A model generated the notes under the pieces. It had not been told where the DNA came from. It saw only the letters and a program-made list of their open reading frames with translations, and ran no database searches. Source: Marsupella aquatica (taxonomy: Eukaryota > Plantae > Marchantiophyta). From it: 64,000 bases of DNA. Positions 1 through 13,700 of the stretch are shown here, piece by piece. The stretch lies in contig OZ316896.1 of NCBI GenBank assembly GCA_973895155.1, positions 3,448,738-3,512,737 on the forward strand, read 5' to 3'. Position numbers and translations under genes: made by a program. The stretch's first letter is position 1. The number at the start of each line of letters is the position of its first letter.

Positions 1-8
1 TGTTTGAG

Positions 9-1079
9 ATGGTGGGAAGTAGAGGTGGCTTTGTGAATATTCACGCTAAGCCAAAATGTATGCTGCAGAGTATTATTGAATTTTTTTCGGCTGAAGGGGA
101 GACTATACTTGACTTTTTCTCGGGAGGACAGGTTATGAAGGTGTCATTGTTGTGTTTCAGAGAATGCTTTGCGTATTCAGACACTGAGGATGAATATGAT
201 TTCACTCAGGCATATGGAAGGGTTCTCTGCGAGAAAGTTCCTTCCATAATGAGTGATCGGATGGGCGGTTCCAAATTTGGTAGAGCCCGTGATGGGGTTT
301 CCGCGCATGTTGGTGCCAAAGAAGGCGTAGACCAGGGCAAAGATGATATTGAGGAAGGAGAATTGGGTCACGACAGGGTCACCCGAAATTTGGATGAACT
401 TGGAACACAAGTGGTAGGTATTCCCTACTTTGGTGTGGGGTTGGCTGATGTTGTGGGTCGACCTGAGGGTGACCCACCAAGAAATCCCTTTGCCGGTGTA
501 GAGAATTGGATGCACCAATCGGACCCAGATCTTACATCGTCCACATCGGACGCACATTGGAAGGCAACCGCAGATGGTCTAGGCAATATTGACGCAGTAG
601 AATTGGGAGAAATGTCAGACATTGCGCTTGCAAAGGAGGATGATCGTCAAGTACCTGAGACCGCTGCAAATGAAGAAGAGAAGGCAGGTGCTTCAAATCC
701 TCCCCTGTCTCCTCTATATTGCTCATCAGAGACTAAATTGGTTTTTACAAGTGCTTCTACAGGAAGCCCCATAGTATTATCATTTTCACAAAATTCTGGA
801 TCCGAGATCGGTAGGACTGGATATATGAAAACAGTCCGTCCTGCAACTCATTTTATATGGAGAAATGGACCAAAGGTTGGAATGATAGAATCACTAGACG
901 ATGCTCCAAAGATAATGGCAAAATCAGATTACAAAAAACTGAACTTGAGACTGAGCCCAGTTTTTGCACCCCCATCCTTTGAAGAGCAACTTCCCAGTGG
1001 TATCAATTCCGAGATACAAAGTGTTCTAGGTGATCAAACAATAGATGAATTTGGGCATTTTAGCATTGGAAATTATTAG
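9..1079 (+). CDS. 3' part of a gene (probably starting upstream of the window): C-terminal SAM-binding half of a beta-class N6/N4 DNA methyltransferase-like domain, then an acidic low-complexity tail
   Basis: VNIHAKPKCMLQSIIEFFSAEGETILDFFSGG follows the beta-class pattern 'KP..L...I...S..G..ILD.F.G' and parallels VNPYQKPIALADWFIKHFSEEGDWIADLCAGSG in ORF 34237-35145. The catalytic motif is not in the window. Confidence 0.6.
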   Translation: MVGSRGGFVNIHAKPKCMLQSIIEFFSAEGETILDFFSGGQVMKVSLLCFRECFAYSDTEDEYDFTQAYGRVLCEKVPSIMSDRMGGSKFGRARDGVSAHVGAKEGVDQGKDDIEEGELGHDRVTRNLDELGTQVVGIPYFGVGLADVVGRPEGDPPRNPFAGVENWMHQSDPDLTSSTSDAHWKATADGLGNIDAVELGEMSDIALAKEDDRQVPETAANEEEKAGASNPPLSPLYCSSETKLVFTSASTGSPIVLSFSQNSGSEIGRTGYMKTVRPATHFIWRNGPKVGMIESLDDAPKIMAKSDYKKLNLRLSPVFAPPSFEEQLPSGINSEIQSVLGDQTIDEFGHFSIGNY

Positions 1080-1121
1080 CCCATTCTTTGGTTCTTGGTA
1101 TTTTAATGACAATCTAAGCTT

Positions 1122-1268
1122 TGTTATAACCCATAATATGACTTAACCCTAGTATAGGATAGGTTAACATTAACCCAACCATGTTAACCCTTCTGGACTA
1201 TATAAGTCCTTGGCATAATGGAAGTGAGTGGGGATTATTGACTACTATCATCTTGTGTATTCATAACA
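1122..1268 (+). repeat. 5' LTR of copia-1
   Basis: TGTTATAAC...CATAACA, direct repeat of 6768-6914. Confidence 0.97.
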
Positions 1269-1814
1269 CGTTATCAGCGCGACTTGCTCAATTACATTTT
1301 TTTTACATGTGCTCCCTCCCCAAAATCTGACAACTCAATAGATCGAGGTCCACACAAAGAAAACAACACAATGTTGTGTGTTTTTTGCTCTAATGGCGAG
1401 AATAACCGCCTAACTACCTCCCGAGAATAGAGAAAACAAGCTTATGATCGAAGAACAAAGAACTGGCCATAGAGCGTCGAGCCTAATCACGAGCGAAGAT
1501 TCTCAACCTTGAACGAAGGAGACAACGCGACGAGACGCGAAAAACAAAATAAAAGACATTGGCGAAAACTGAAAACTTTGAGGACCGCACACAAGGACAT
1601 ACGAACGAACTCCATCGGGGACAATTTGGATGCGATTCAAGGGGCAGATGAGTCCCGTGCCTTGAGCGAAAGGATCGCTATCGTTTCTCTTTCTTTTGGT
1701 TAACTTGATCCATCACAACAGCCGATCGATCGGGCGGGACAAGGCGAAAGTCATAGGCATTTGATACAAAGGAACACCATATATTTATAAGGCCCAAAAT
1801 CAGGCGAAATAGAC

Positions 1815-4800
1815 ATGGCGACATTGGAGAAGTTACATTTCCCAACCCTACTAGTAGACGGCAGCAACTACTTGACATGGGCCGTAGATGCGGAAACATA
1901 CTTCGCATCGTTGGAGCTTGAAGATACATTAATCACAGACCAAAATCTGACTCTACAACAGAAGGCCAAGGCCGTGTTCCTTTTGCGCCAGCACTTGGTT
2001 CCCTCACTAAAATCCCAATACATGAACGAAGTCAATCCACGACTCCTGTGGGACAAGTTAAAGGCCCGATTCGACCATATGCGCGAAATATGGCTTCCTG
2101 AGGCTCGCCGCGATTGGTACAACCTACGAGTGATGGATCATACTTCCATTGCTAACTACAACAGCGCTCTATTTAAAATTACCTCTCAACTAGAACTCTG
2201 CGGCCATCCAGTCCTAGACGCAGATAAGATCGACAAGACACTGAGTACATTCCCCGAATCAAACATTGCACTCGGTACACAGTACCGAAATATGCAATTC
2301 ACCACATATTCAGATCTTATCGCACATTTACTTGTAGAAGAGAAGCAACAGGTGGTCGCCATGCAAAACGCCCGAAAAAGACCTGCGGGAACAGAACCAC
2401 CACCACACAAACCAGAGATAAATTACTATCAGCGAGATAACACGGGACGAGGCCGACCAAGAGGCAGAGGCGGATACCAAGGCAGAGGTAGAAACCAATC
2501 CTACAGAGGTCGAGGATATCGACAATCATACAACACAAGAGGCAGGGGAGTAGGCGGCAGAGGCAGGATGAGTGATAATGCATCGGACAACACCAAAGAT
2601 GACAGGATGTGCTACCGATGCGGAAAAATAGGACACCTGAAGAAAAATTATTGGGCATCGGACCAAACAGCCAGGAAACATACAGAATCAAGAGCTAGAC
2701 TCAAACAAAACCCAGCAGGGAACTACATGGAGCTAGAAGAAGCAATAGCCACCTACAAAGACCCCGAACAACCTCATGAAGTGGAGACCCACATAGTAAC
2801 TCCAGCAAGAGGACCCTACACACTACAAGACCCCAATCTGGGCATAATTGACAGCGGTACGTCTCATACAATACTAAAGGACAAGAAATATTTCCACTCA
2901 ATTACCCCATCAGCCCGGCATATGACCACCATTTCAGGCACAAACCAGATTGAGGAGGGTAAAGGCACAGCCACGGTAATATTCCCAGGAGGCACTGCAC
3001 TCGCCATCGAAGCAGCGATATTCGCCCCGCGAGCTACAAGGAACCTCATCAGCTTCCGAGACATAGTCGCAAATAAATATCAACTGCGCACAGTGAAAAC
3101 AGACGAGGAAGATACCCTCCAAATCGTGGAGGTTACCGAACAAGGTATACATATTAAAGAAACCTTACCCCTTATACCACCAGGCCTCTACGCAACTCAA
3201 ATTCAAGCTCACTATGTCACTGCAGACTTACCTGATATCACATACTTATGGCACTGTCGACTGGGACACCCCGGAGTAAATATGTACCGCAGAATTATTC
3301 ATGACTCCTGTGGAATCCCCCAAGGAGTCAACCCATCAACAAAACAAAGGCAATGCCTGGCGTGCTCTCAGGGGAAGCTGATTACACACCCACAAATACA
3401 GAAGACAATCTATGCCATCCCGAACTTCCTGGAACACCTGAACGCAGATGTATGCGGCCCGATCCACCCACCAAGTGGACCGTTTAAGTATTTCCTGGCC
3501 ATCATCGACTCTTCGACCAAATGGCTGCAAGTATCTCTACTCTCTACACGCAACTTGGTCTTCGCTAGGATACTGGCCAACATTCTAAAGCTTAAAGCAC
3601 AATTCCCAGAACATCCAATTCGGAAACTGAGAGTGGATGGTGCAGGGGAATTCACCTCAAAAGCATTCGATGAGTTTTGCTGGGCAGCGGGCATTGACAC
3701 TGAATACTCAGTCCCATATGTCCATTTCCAAAACGGAATGGCAGAATCCGTTATCAAGCGTATACAGATGATAACCAGACCCCTGTTAATGAATTCAAAG
3801 TTACCCCTATCCACATGGGGACACGCAGTCCTCCATGCTGCCACACTGCTTCAATACAGACCATCGGCGTTCAACACAAAGACTCCACACCACTTAGCGT
3901 TCGGACTACCTCCAGACCTGTCACACCTGCGGGTATTTGGATGCAAAGTCATGGTCCCAATACTGGGACCCAAGCGTACAAAAATCGGACCTCAAAGACA
4001 AGAAGGAATCTACATCGGAAATGACTCATCCTCGATCATTCGCTACCTGGAACCGACAACAGCCGATGTGTTTAAGGCCAGACATACAGATTGTCATTTT
4101 TACGAAGACACTTTTCCCACCCTAAGCATAGACAAACAAATGACAGGGGACTTGCACCCACACCAGATCAACTGGAACAGCAGAAACTTACTCAACCAGG
4201 ACCCGAGGACGAAACAAACGGATGCAGAAGTTAGACGATTACTCCACCTCCACGAGATGCTGGATAAGATCCCAGATGCATTTAATGATGCAGCAAATGT
4301 TACAAAATCCCACAACGAGGCAACCAATGTACCAGCCAGAGTACAAATGAATACTCCTCCAGCAACAGTAGCTGCCCCTAAGGCGAAAAGAGGTAGGCCA
4401 CCAGGATCACATGATACCCGACCCCGCCAAAGACGCCCCCATCAGGTAATTCCTGAAACTACTTTTCACTTCATTAATAATGAATCCGAGACACCAGACA
4501 TATCGGGTAATGAGGAGATGTCAATTCAGTATAAGCATACAGGACAAATTTACACGAGACAAAACACTACTGTCGACGAACAATTTGCTTACCATATAGC
4601 TCAAGAAATAACCAATGATACTTTGGACCCTTTAACAATCAAAGAAGCACAAACAAGGTCAGATTGGCCACACTGGAAAGAGGCCATTGACACAGAAATG
4701 GATGCACTAATCCGTCGACAAGTCTTCGGACCAGTCAAACAAGTTGATCCTAACAATGACTATACAGACAGCCGATTTACGTTCATTAAAAAGCGAAATG

Positions 4801-6428
4801 CAAAAGGTGATGTTATCAGATACAGAGCGCGGTTAGTAGCAAAAGGATACACCCAGATCCCAGGCAGGGACTATGATCTAACATATTCACCAGTAATGGA
4901 CGTGACGACATTCAGGTATTTAATTGCTTTCTCTCGCAAACACCAGTTATGCAATATCCTTATGGACGTAGTAACGACATACCTATATGGAGTCTTAGAC
5001 TCCGAAATTCATATGAAAGCACCAAAGGAATTACTCGAAAGAGTGGCAGAACACATTCAGGGGAAGCAATACCCGAACCTGAGCAAGGATATGAAGTCGG
5101 GAATTGACCAGATTATCCCTAATGATGATTGTAAAGGCCTTGTGTTGAGCAGTGGCAACACACAGAAAGCACCACTCCAGTACCCCGGAAAACGAAGGAC
5201 TGGACAGCAGGCATTTGCTGTGCAAGTATTGAAATCCATAAACGGCCTGAAACAAAGCGGCCGTATATGGTACCAGAAATTTAAAACCGAAATACAAGCA
5301 CTCGGATTTATTATAGAAGACATAGCGCCCTGTATATTCATCAAAAGAGTAGACACAGAGTTCGTCGTGTTAGCGCTATATGTCGATGACATTAATCTCT
5401 TCGGTACACAACGACTATTACGACAAACAATCAACACAATGAAGGGCATTTTCGAGATGAAAGAACTGGGAGAACCGACTTACTGCCTCGGCCTTCAGTT
5501 CGATCACCTACAGACAGGCACATTCATTAGCCAGTCTACCTATACAAACAAAATCCTCCAACAATTCAATATGCAAAAGGCATACCCGGTATCAACACCA
5601 ATGGAGCTGAGATCCTTAGACACTGCGAAGGACATGTTCAGGCAAAGACAGGACAACGAACCAATACTAGATTCAGATAAGCCATACTTATCGGCTATCG
5701 GAGCCCTCCTTTACCTGGCCAACAACACCCGACCGGATATATCCTTTGCAGTGAGCCTCCTCGCACGACATAGCGCGCACCCGACAATACGCCACTAGAA
5801 CGGCATAAAACGAGTATTCCGATACCTCCAAGGAACAATTGACATGGGACTATTCTTCCCCAACGAAAGCGAGGATGAACTTACAGGATACGCGGACGCT
5901 GGATACCTCTCAGACCCCCAAGATTCAAAGTCGCAGACAGGATACGTCTTCTTGCAGGGTAAAACCGCCATATCTTGGAGAAGCACGAAGCAGAGCCTAA
6001 CCACAACGTCATCGAATCACGCCGAAGTAATTGCCCTCTATGAGGCATGCCGCGAAGCGATTTGGCTCCGTAGTATAATCACACATATACTCAAACAGAC
6101 AGGAAAAACCTTACTCACAAATCCAACCACCATCTACGAGGACAATAGGGCATGCGTCGACCAGATAGTTACAGGCTACATGAAGACCGATCGAACCAAG
6201 CACATAGACCCGAAATTTTTCTTTACGCACGAACACAGCGGAAAGCAAATACAAGTAAAGTGGATAAGCTCACAAGACAATTGCGCCGACCTCTTCACCA
6301 AGCCGCTACCAGCGACTACACATCGAAAGCACGTCAGCGCCATTGGAATGCATCGTCTCTCCTCCCTAACCTCCTCGACTAACGACAACTCCCGACACGA
6401 ACACACAGCCAACGCAAAATCGAAGTAG
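1815..6428 (+). pseudogene. copia-1 gag-pol polyprotein (gag, protease, integrase, RT, RNase H) with one in-frame TAG at 5796-5798
   Basis: LVDGSNYLTW gag start, IIDSGTSH protease, LWHCRLGHP, DVCGP/VDGAGEF integrase, ALYVDD RT, GYADAG/IYEDN RNase H. RH*NG replaces the conserved RHWNG. Confidence 0.95.
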
Positions 6429-6767
6429 AACCTCGACAAACTACTAAATCGTAGTATCTAACGAACAGTTTACAGAGAGACACATGTTCCCCCGTCATGA
6501 ATACAATACTACCCCGACTAGAGTAACAAATAAACGCTTACTTACTCTTAGCCCACTGGCTTAGACAGTAATAGGCTACTTTTAGACTTAGAGCATACAC
6601 ATTAGAGACTTTCTGAATTAGGGACCACAAATTGTAATGATGGTAGTACTCTTCCTTGAGAGGAAAGCAGCAAGGTTTGATGAGGCTACATCATAAGTGA
6701 CTCCCACTTTTAAACTAGGGTTAAATGTGTGGTTCCTTGACACCCCGTCCAAGTAACCAAGGGGAAG

Positions 6768-6914
6768 TGTTATAACCCATAATATGACTTAACCCTAGTA
6801 TAGGATAGGTTAACATTAACCCAACCATGTTAACCCTTCTGGACTATATAAGTCCTTGGCATAATGGAAGTGAGTGGGGATTATTGACTACTATCATCTT
6901 GTGTATTCATAACA
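6768..6914 (+). repeat. 3' LTR of copia-1
   Basis: Direct repeat of 1122-1268. Confidence 0.97.
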
Positions 6915-7215
6915 AGCTTTATCTTTGTAATAATATACTTTTTTACAGACCAAAGTTCCGTCGTAGAATCTCCTTCCTCAAAGGATTTTGTTGGCATTCC
7001 CTCGGAAAGCGTTGCTGTGGAGGAAGGGTTTGACCCAGGTATACTTTGGATCTAAAAAATGGCAATTGAATGTAATTAATGTTTTTCTAGGAGGGTCGCC
7101 CCAGGGTCGTTCCTCTCTACTTCAAATGCTATAACAAAGTTTGTTTGATTTCAAATTTTGAGAGTTTTCCTCCGTAGTAATTGTTTAAACTTTGAGTCGC
7201 ATTGACTAAGGGCTT

Positions 7216-7863
7216 ATGTTAATGTTTCCAGAATTCACTCCAATACTACACTCTTCGATTCGGCGAAAGCTCTTGGTTCTTGACCTTAACAAGATTTGTT
7301 GGGATTGCATTAAGACCAGAAGCTCAGGACCATGGCGAAATCAGACAAGTTTACGTGGTGTGCACTGGGGGAGACGTGGAGGGTTTAATTTCATGTATGT
7401 GGAGCGCCCATACCTCCACGAATTTCTATATGCAGCTTTCATGGTTTTTGACGTCGCAATTTGGACCTGTGCAAGGAGGCCAAAAACAATGGACTTAATG
7501 GAGTTGATTTTCACTAAGGAGGAGCGACAGAAGTTCAAGTTTGTCTTTACTCAAGAAGATACCTTTGATAGTTGCATCCAAAGGCCAGATATAACAGATG
7601 GGAAGGCCAATTTACTTCTGAAGAATTTGCAAACCATTTGGGACCGTTTTCCAGAAAAATATGATGCTTCTAATACAGTTCTTATTGATGATTCTCAATT
7701 GAAGGCATTTTTGAATTATGACGTGAATGGATTGTTTCCAAATCCATTTACTCACACAGCTTCAAATGACACTTTTTTGCCCGAGATATTATGGCCGTAT
7801 CTTTGCAAATTGAGAAAGGCTTACTGCGTTCAACATTATATCACTGTCAACAATCCAAAGTGA
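7216..7863 (+). CDS. FCP1/NIF-type (CTD-phosphatase-like) HAD-fold protein, intronless
   Basis: RKLLVLDLN, RPYLHEFL, DVAIWT, LLKNL..IW and NTVLIDDS..K...N motifs. The catalytic DxDxT is altered to DLNK. Confidence 0.8.
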   Translation: MLMFPEFTPILHSSIRRKLLVLDLNKICWDCIKTRSSGPWRNQTSLRGVHWGRRGGFNFMYVERPYLHEFLYAAFMVFDVAIWTCARRPKTMDLMELIFTKEERQKFKFVFTQEDTFDSCIQRPDITDGKANLLLKNLQTIWDRFPEKYDASNTVLIDDSQLKAFLNYDVNGLFPNPFTHTASNDTFLPEILWPYLCKLRKAYCVQHYITVNNPK

Positions 7864-8788
7864 TCTGTTTTCAATTTATTAACAAGCAAGGCGGATCATG
7901 CTGCCATCTATGCTCTTTTGGAACAGAAGTGGGGAGATTGTCGTTGTATCCATAGGGAGTTTGGAACCATCTTGGATGTGACTCCTGAAGAGATTCCTTG
8001 GGACGGAAAGAACGAGGTGCAGCATTACCCACCACTGGAGACGTGGACCACGGATGAGATCGAAGAAACTGCAAACGTAATACTTGGAGACAACTATTCT
8101 GGTCCTCATACACAAAATAGAAGGCATTTTATTTGGAAAGTTCTCAGAACTAGGGATCTCACCAATAAGTTTAAGAACCACCATGCGAGAGATACTTGCA
8201 ACCGTGACATCCGCTATGATAAATCAGGAAGCAGACTTTCTTGTTCAAATGAGTTTTGTCTTGATCATTAGGAGATAGGGTTGCTCTAGTGCCTACCCTA
8301 AATTGTACATTCATATTATGTCTTGAAAGGATATGTTTTGAACATGTAGGATAAAGTAAATAATTAGGATATATGCTTAGTGTGAGGCTCTCTCACTGGA
8401 CTGGACAATTTAATAATTATATAGTGGGTCAATCTCATTTTGACCCTTGATTTATGACCATCTATATTTTTTAATTTATAGATGGTCTGAGTGGTATTGG
8501 CCTCTGATTTTTGGACTAAATTAAATTACTCTAATTTTTAAATTAATTAGAATATATGATTTAAGTTATTATTAAACATTTGGGTGAAAAAAAACAAAAT
8601 TTTGGGCATTCAAAAGTGTATATTTGGGCTGAAAAAATTTAGCTTTTGGGAATGCTTTAATAGAAATTTGGCCTGAACAAAAATAACTTTAGGGTTCATC
8701 TTATGGACTTTTAAAAGTACAGTTTTAATGAATATAGTGATCTTCCTAAAATTTCAATTTTCTTGTCAGAATTCATCACATGTATAGG

Positions 8789-8893
8789 CCCATGAACGTG
8801 CATTCTCAAGTATTCTCACTTGTATTTTTTTATAACTTGTCCATGAACCTGCATTCTCAAGTATTCTCACAAGTTGTATTTTTTTTATAGCTT
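8789..8893. repeat. Tandem duplication, two imperfect units of ~52 bp
   Basis: CCATGAAC.TGCATTCTCAAGTATTCTCAC...TTGTATTTTTTT occurs twice. Confidence 0.75.
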
Positions 8894-8929
8894 GATTTCT
8901 CCCGCTTACACAAGTGTGCACATGTGGGA

Positions 8930-9500
8930 GAAACTACAAGAGAAAATGATTGCTGCTAGGGATGGTCGACTCAACATGTCAGCTGAGGCAATCAGGTAGA
9001 ATCAGGAAATCAGGTAGAATCAGATAGAATCAGGAAAACCATTTACAAATTTTTGCATTGACAAACGTATCCTTAGCATATCAGGCAAGAGATGAAGGAT
9101 CACCTGTACATTTTTTGACAAAATTGATCAAGGCTTCAACAACCCCGCCAACATGCAAAAATTGTGTCATGGAGATGCTTGTGGGACTCCCAATCCATGC
9201 CCCCTTCACTTGAATGAGCCAGGAGAAGGACAAGAGTCTACTAAGGTGGGATTTGACCTGGTTCAGATCAAGGTAGTAATCCTACTAACACTACCCCTCA
9301 GTCCACAAAATCATCCAAAAAAAGCAATTCAGATACGTATAGTATGTACATTAGTGAGATGGTGACCAACACTTCTAGCATGGCACAAGACATTCATGAG
9401 ACCATTGGTGTTCTCAAACCCGTTCTCAAAGAGCTCAAATCCAAAATTTCAAGACTCATTGACAAACTGTAAATGTGGTTGCAGATGAGTGGGCCTTTTG
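8930..9500 (+). pseudogene. Possible degenerate Myb/trihelix ORF of a PIF/Harbinger element
   Basis: Broken frame reading SGK...ITCTFFDKID resembles the trihelix 'FFD.LD' motif. It lies convergent to the Harbinger transposase. Heavily decayed. Confidence 0.3.
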
Positions 9501-10786
9501 TTATAGAAGTGAGCTACAATGGTGTCCCCCTAAAATATTTGAAATACTATAAACTGCCCACTGAGTTGTGCTATCCTCCCAATTTGCTTAATAGGTTTCA
9601 TTCTATGGACAAGTGAGTTCCTTGAAGTTGGGCATTCAATATAAAAAAGCTCGACTCCTAGAAGATCTCACATTTTGGATCAATTATGGTAGTTGTATCA
9701 TTCATTTTTGTTGTAGAATTGCACAATGTGTACAGATTGGGTGAGAATTTACTCATCTCTGTTCTAGACTATATTTGAACTTCAATTTCATGTTTGAATG
9801 CATTTTTCCTTGTCAATTTTGACTTGCCAAATTGGTGATTTTCAAAACTGCATTTTGCTTTTCACATGTATAACTATCAGTGAAATTGATTCAAGCTAAC
9901 TTAATTGTCTACTTAAATTGCAATAGCAAAGCATAGGCAAAATCAACCCATAGCCCAGAAACTGTTTTCAATTCCAAACTTAGACTTGGAGAATAGATTG
10001 CTTTTGAATTGTCAATTTCAACTTTAAGAATTGGAGCTCATCCGGGAGCTCATAACACTAGTACATTTTTGGTCTCTTTCCGATACTCAAATCACGGCTT
10101 CTTTTAGCCGTCCGAAACCAAACGCATCGGGCAACTTCCGATATTAAAACCATCGTAATTTCCGATTCATGATATATCGGAAATAAACGTACCGATGGAA
10201 AATGCTTCGCAAAAACTATCCCATACCAGAACTATCGAACAATGTCCGAAATTAATAGCATCGCAAAAAGACGACAAAAGTAAGGCTTTAGCTTCCGATG
10301 CAGTTACACTCGGACCTGAGGCTCGTTGGAAAAACAAACGGACATTGTCCGATATTTAAACCAACGGACATAATATTGGGAAAGACATTGCTTTGGAACC
10401 TACGTGCGATAGTTATAGTATCGGAAGTTGTCCGAAGGTAAGCATATCGGACCCCTCCTTCATCATTTTTGCCGAGGGGTCCGATGGTTTTTGGAACGGA
10501 AAAATGTGTCAGATAGGTTTTGAATCGCATGTGTCCCGTCACTTTCAATATCGGAAAGAGGTTTAGTTCTCCGGCCGAGTACCGATGCCTGTGCGATGTA
10601 GATTCCATGGGATTGACAATGGGACATTGTATTGTGGTCATGGTTTGATCCTGGATACTTGTAGCAATATAGTTTATGCAATGGTAGAGTGTGAGAACAC
10701 ATGAAATGTCGATAAATATGTAATGCCAATAAAATAGCCACAAATAAGATGGTAGGGGTTAGCTACGCCTTTGATGTACTAGATAT

Positions 10787-13700
10787 CTAACTAGTGGAGG
10801 GAATGTCAGTATCTTCCACTATAACTACGTTAGGTCTATCCTGGACAATGGATCGTGATCGTGGAATGTATGGCATGACAATGGACCAATCTGAGTCATC
10901 TGGATAGGGTAGGTAAAAACATTGTTCAAGGTGATGGGGGAACGCAAAGGGATCTGAGGACCTCCAGTTTGAGCTGATGACACTATTTGCGGTTGTCTTC
11001 AACCGGGTAAAACCGCATGCATCATCTTCACATGTCCGGTTGTGGCCCACAAGATTCATCTTGAACCATTTGCACTTTAATACCACTTCCTCCAAAGTAG
11101 TATGTGCATGGTACTTTATGGTAAGGATTTCCTCTATCTTTCCATAATGGGCGACGGTGGACCGAATGGGATTCCTGTCTGATGTGCTACTCTGTGAATC
11201 CTGGGTGAACCAACCCATCACCCCACAATCTTGTGTAGCTGCCCTCTTCTCATCAAGTCGTTCAACACGAAAATGTCTCCCCTTGGACCACATGGCTGTC
11301 CGAGTCGTGACTATAAGTAGTGGACCATGAATCAAGGTATGAAGCTTATCAGTCACCTTTGGGAAGTGTGATATGCTCTCCCCAATACCCACCAAGGCAT
11401 CCACTTCTAGCATCTTTGACTTCATGTATGGGTGAAACTTGGGAAATAATCATGGTCGCCGACTATTTTTCTTCTCCTCCTCATAAAATGTTGTCCACTC
11501 CCCTACAACCTCTGGTGAATTATACAACATAAATGTTGTGAGCTGCAAACGCTCCGCTGAGCTCAAGAGACGCTCTCCTGATGCCCCAGTGAGTCTATCA
11601 TCCTCATAGTCCGCCTCTCGTGCTGCCTCATGTATCCATCCCCTAGGAGCGTTAGGATCTAGTGTGGCAACTATGTTTGTACAATAAAACATACTCTCTG
11701 CTCCAAGATGACGCTCTGCAATGCTACCTTCCACCCTAGCGCGATTAGAGACGTACGACTTCATCACCCCCATATAACGCTCAACCCAATACATCCATCG
11801 ACAATGCACTGGGCCTGCAATTGCAACCTCCTGCACTAAATGTATGAGAAAATGAACCTGGCCATCAAAGAAAGAGGGAGGGAGTGCCTTCTCCAACTTA
11901 CAAATAACCTCTACTCCAAATATCTCCATTGCAGCAGTTTCATCCTCCTGTACCTCCTTCTGACATACCCATCTCAAAAGCTTTCCCAATGACCAAAGGG
12001 CATCACGAAGTTCCTCACTACCCAATCCAATAATCGCAACTGGAATGACATGTTCTAGTAACCGATGATAATCATGTGTTTTCAAGTAAGATGGCCATTT
12101 TGGAGAATCATCCCCCCCAAATGCTTTTCGGAGATTTGCGCCATAACCTGTGGGAAACCTCATTGACCCAATACGTCTGCGAAACTCAGTGCGCTCTGCC
12201 CTAGTCAAAACCCAAGGTGGATGGATGCTAGGGGGGTCTCCAGGGGGGTCCAAAGATGGCCAAAAACCAAGAAGACCATGCATCCCCATCTCCTCACAAC
12301 TTTCTCTCCAATTGTGGTTCTTCTCCCCATATAGATGACGAATCAATGACCTCCCCACATTCCCCTCAATGTGCATCGGATCTAACAAGTGATTAATGGG
12401 CATCTCTGACCAATATGGCAACTGTGATAATGCAGACAAACGGGTCATCCCACATCTGAGAAATTGTAATGGATCATCTGGGTCTTGAACTCTTTGCCAT
12501 ACCTCTCTCCAATATGCTGGATCCTTTCGCTGAGGTTGAGGACGGGTATCAGGTTGGCCCTCATTAGTGTCATACAGGAAGTGGTCACTCCTCCAAGGAT
12601 GGTCTGCTGGAAGATATTTAGTATGACCAATGTAAACTATCTTCCGCAAAGTAGTTGACTTGCGTCTTGCCACTCCCTCCAAATCTGGTCCACATGAAGG
12701 GCAAGCTCGATAGCCTGATGTTTGCAATCCAAAGATATATCCAAACCCTATGATTGGTCAAGGGACAGCCAGCCAATGAAAGAAGGTTAGAGAAAAGAAT
12801 ACAATTTTTAATTAAGTGCAAGATTGATGAAATAGGGTTAAATTAATTGCAAGGTTTACTGTGATTACCTGGTAAATCATGCATGGTCCACATAAGAATG
12901 GCCTTGAGGGTGAATGCGCGAGATAAACCTCCAGTGTTGCGACGTCCGTCATAACAATCCACTCCCCTCCAAAGTTGCAAAAGCTCATCAATCAAAGGTT
13001 GCAAGTAGATGTCAATCTTTTTTACTTGCTTAGGACCCGGGATGATCATTGAGAGTAGTAGATGACCTTTCTTCATGGCCATCCATGGAGGGATATTGTA
13101 GTTTGTTAGAACTACTGGCCATACTGAATATGGTTTTGCTTTACCTGCCAATGCAAAAGGGCTAATACCATCTGCTGCCAATCCAAGTCTCACATGTCGT
13201 GGGTCAGTTTTGAACTCACCCCATCTATCCTCTACAAATTGATTGGCAGGAGAGTCAACCATCATTCGCATGGCACTGGAGTCTGTACCCATATCAGAAC
13301 GATGTTGTGAGTGCCATACCATATACTCAGCCAACTCTGCACAACGGTATTGATTTCGCAATCGAGGGATGAGAGGAAAATACCGCATAACTTTTTGAGG
13401 CACCTTCCCTGTCAACATGTCATCACGGTACCGCGGCTTCTCACACTCAGGACATATGATTGCATTTTCATGCTCACCCCTAAAAAGAATGCAGTCATTT
13501 ACACATGCATGTATCACTTCATACTTTAGACCAATGGACTTCAACACCTGTTTAGCCTCCTTCCAAGACCTTGGCATGTTGTTGCCTGGTGGTAAAATGC
13601 GATCATGTAGGGTACGAAAAACATCATCCAAAAGTAGGTTGCTGGCCCCATGTCTTTGTTGCACATTCAACAATAACATTATTGCTGAGAGCCGAGATAA

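Larger units (their letters stand above)
1122..6914 (+). mobile_element. Full-length Ty1/copia LTR retrotransposon, Bianca-like lineage
   Basis: 147-bp TG...CA LTRs (1122-1268, 6768-6914), identical by eye. 5-bp TSD AGCTT (1117-1121, 6915-6919). PBS CGTTATCAGCGCG (half-tRNAiMet type) after the 5' LTR. PPT AAGGGGAAG before the 3' LTR. Confidence 0.97.

Noticed and set aside
5796-5798. Programmed stop-codon readthrough in copia-1
   Set aside because: The stop replaces a conserved Trp between RT and RNase H, which is not a known recoding position.
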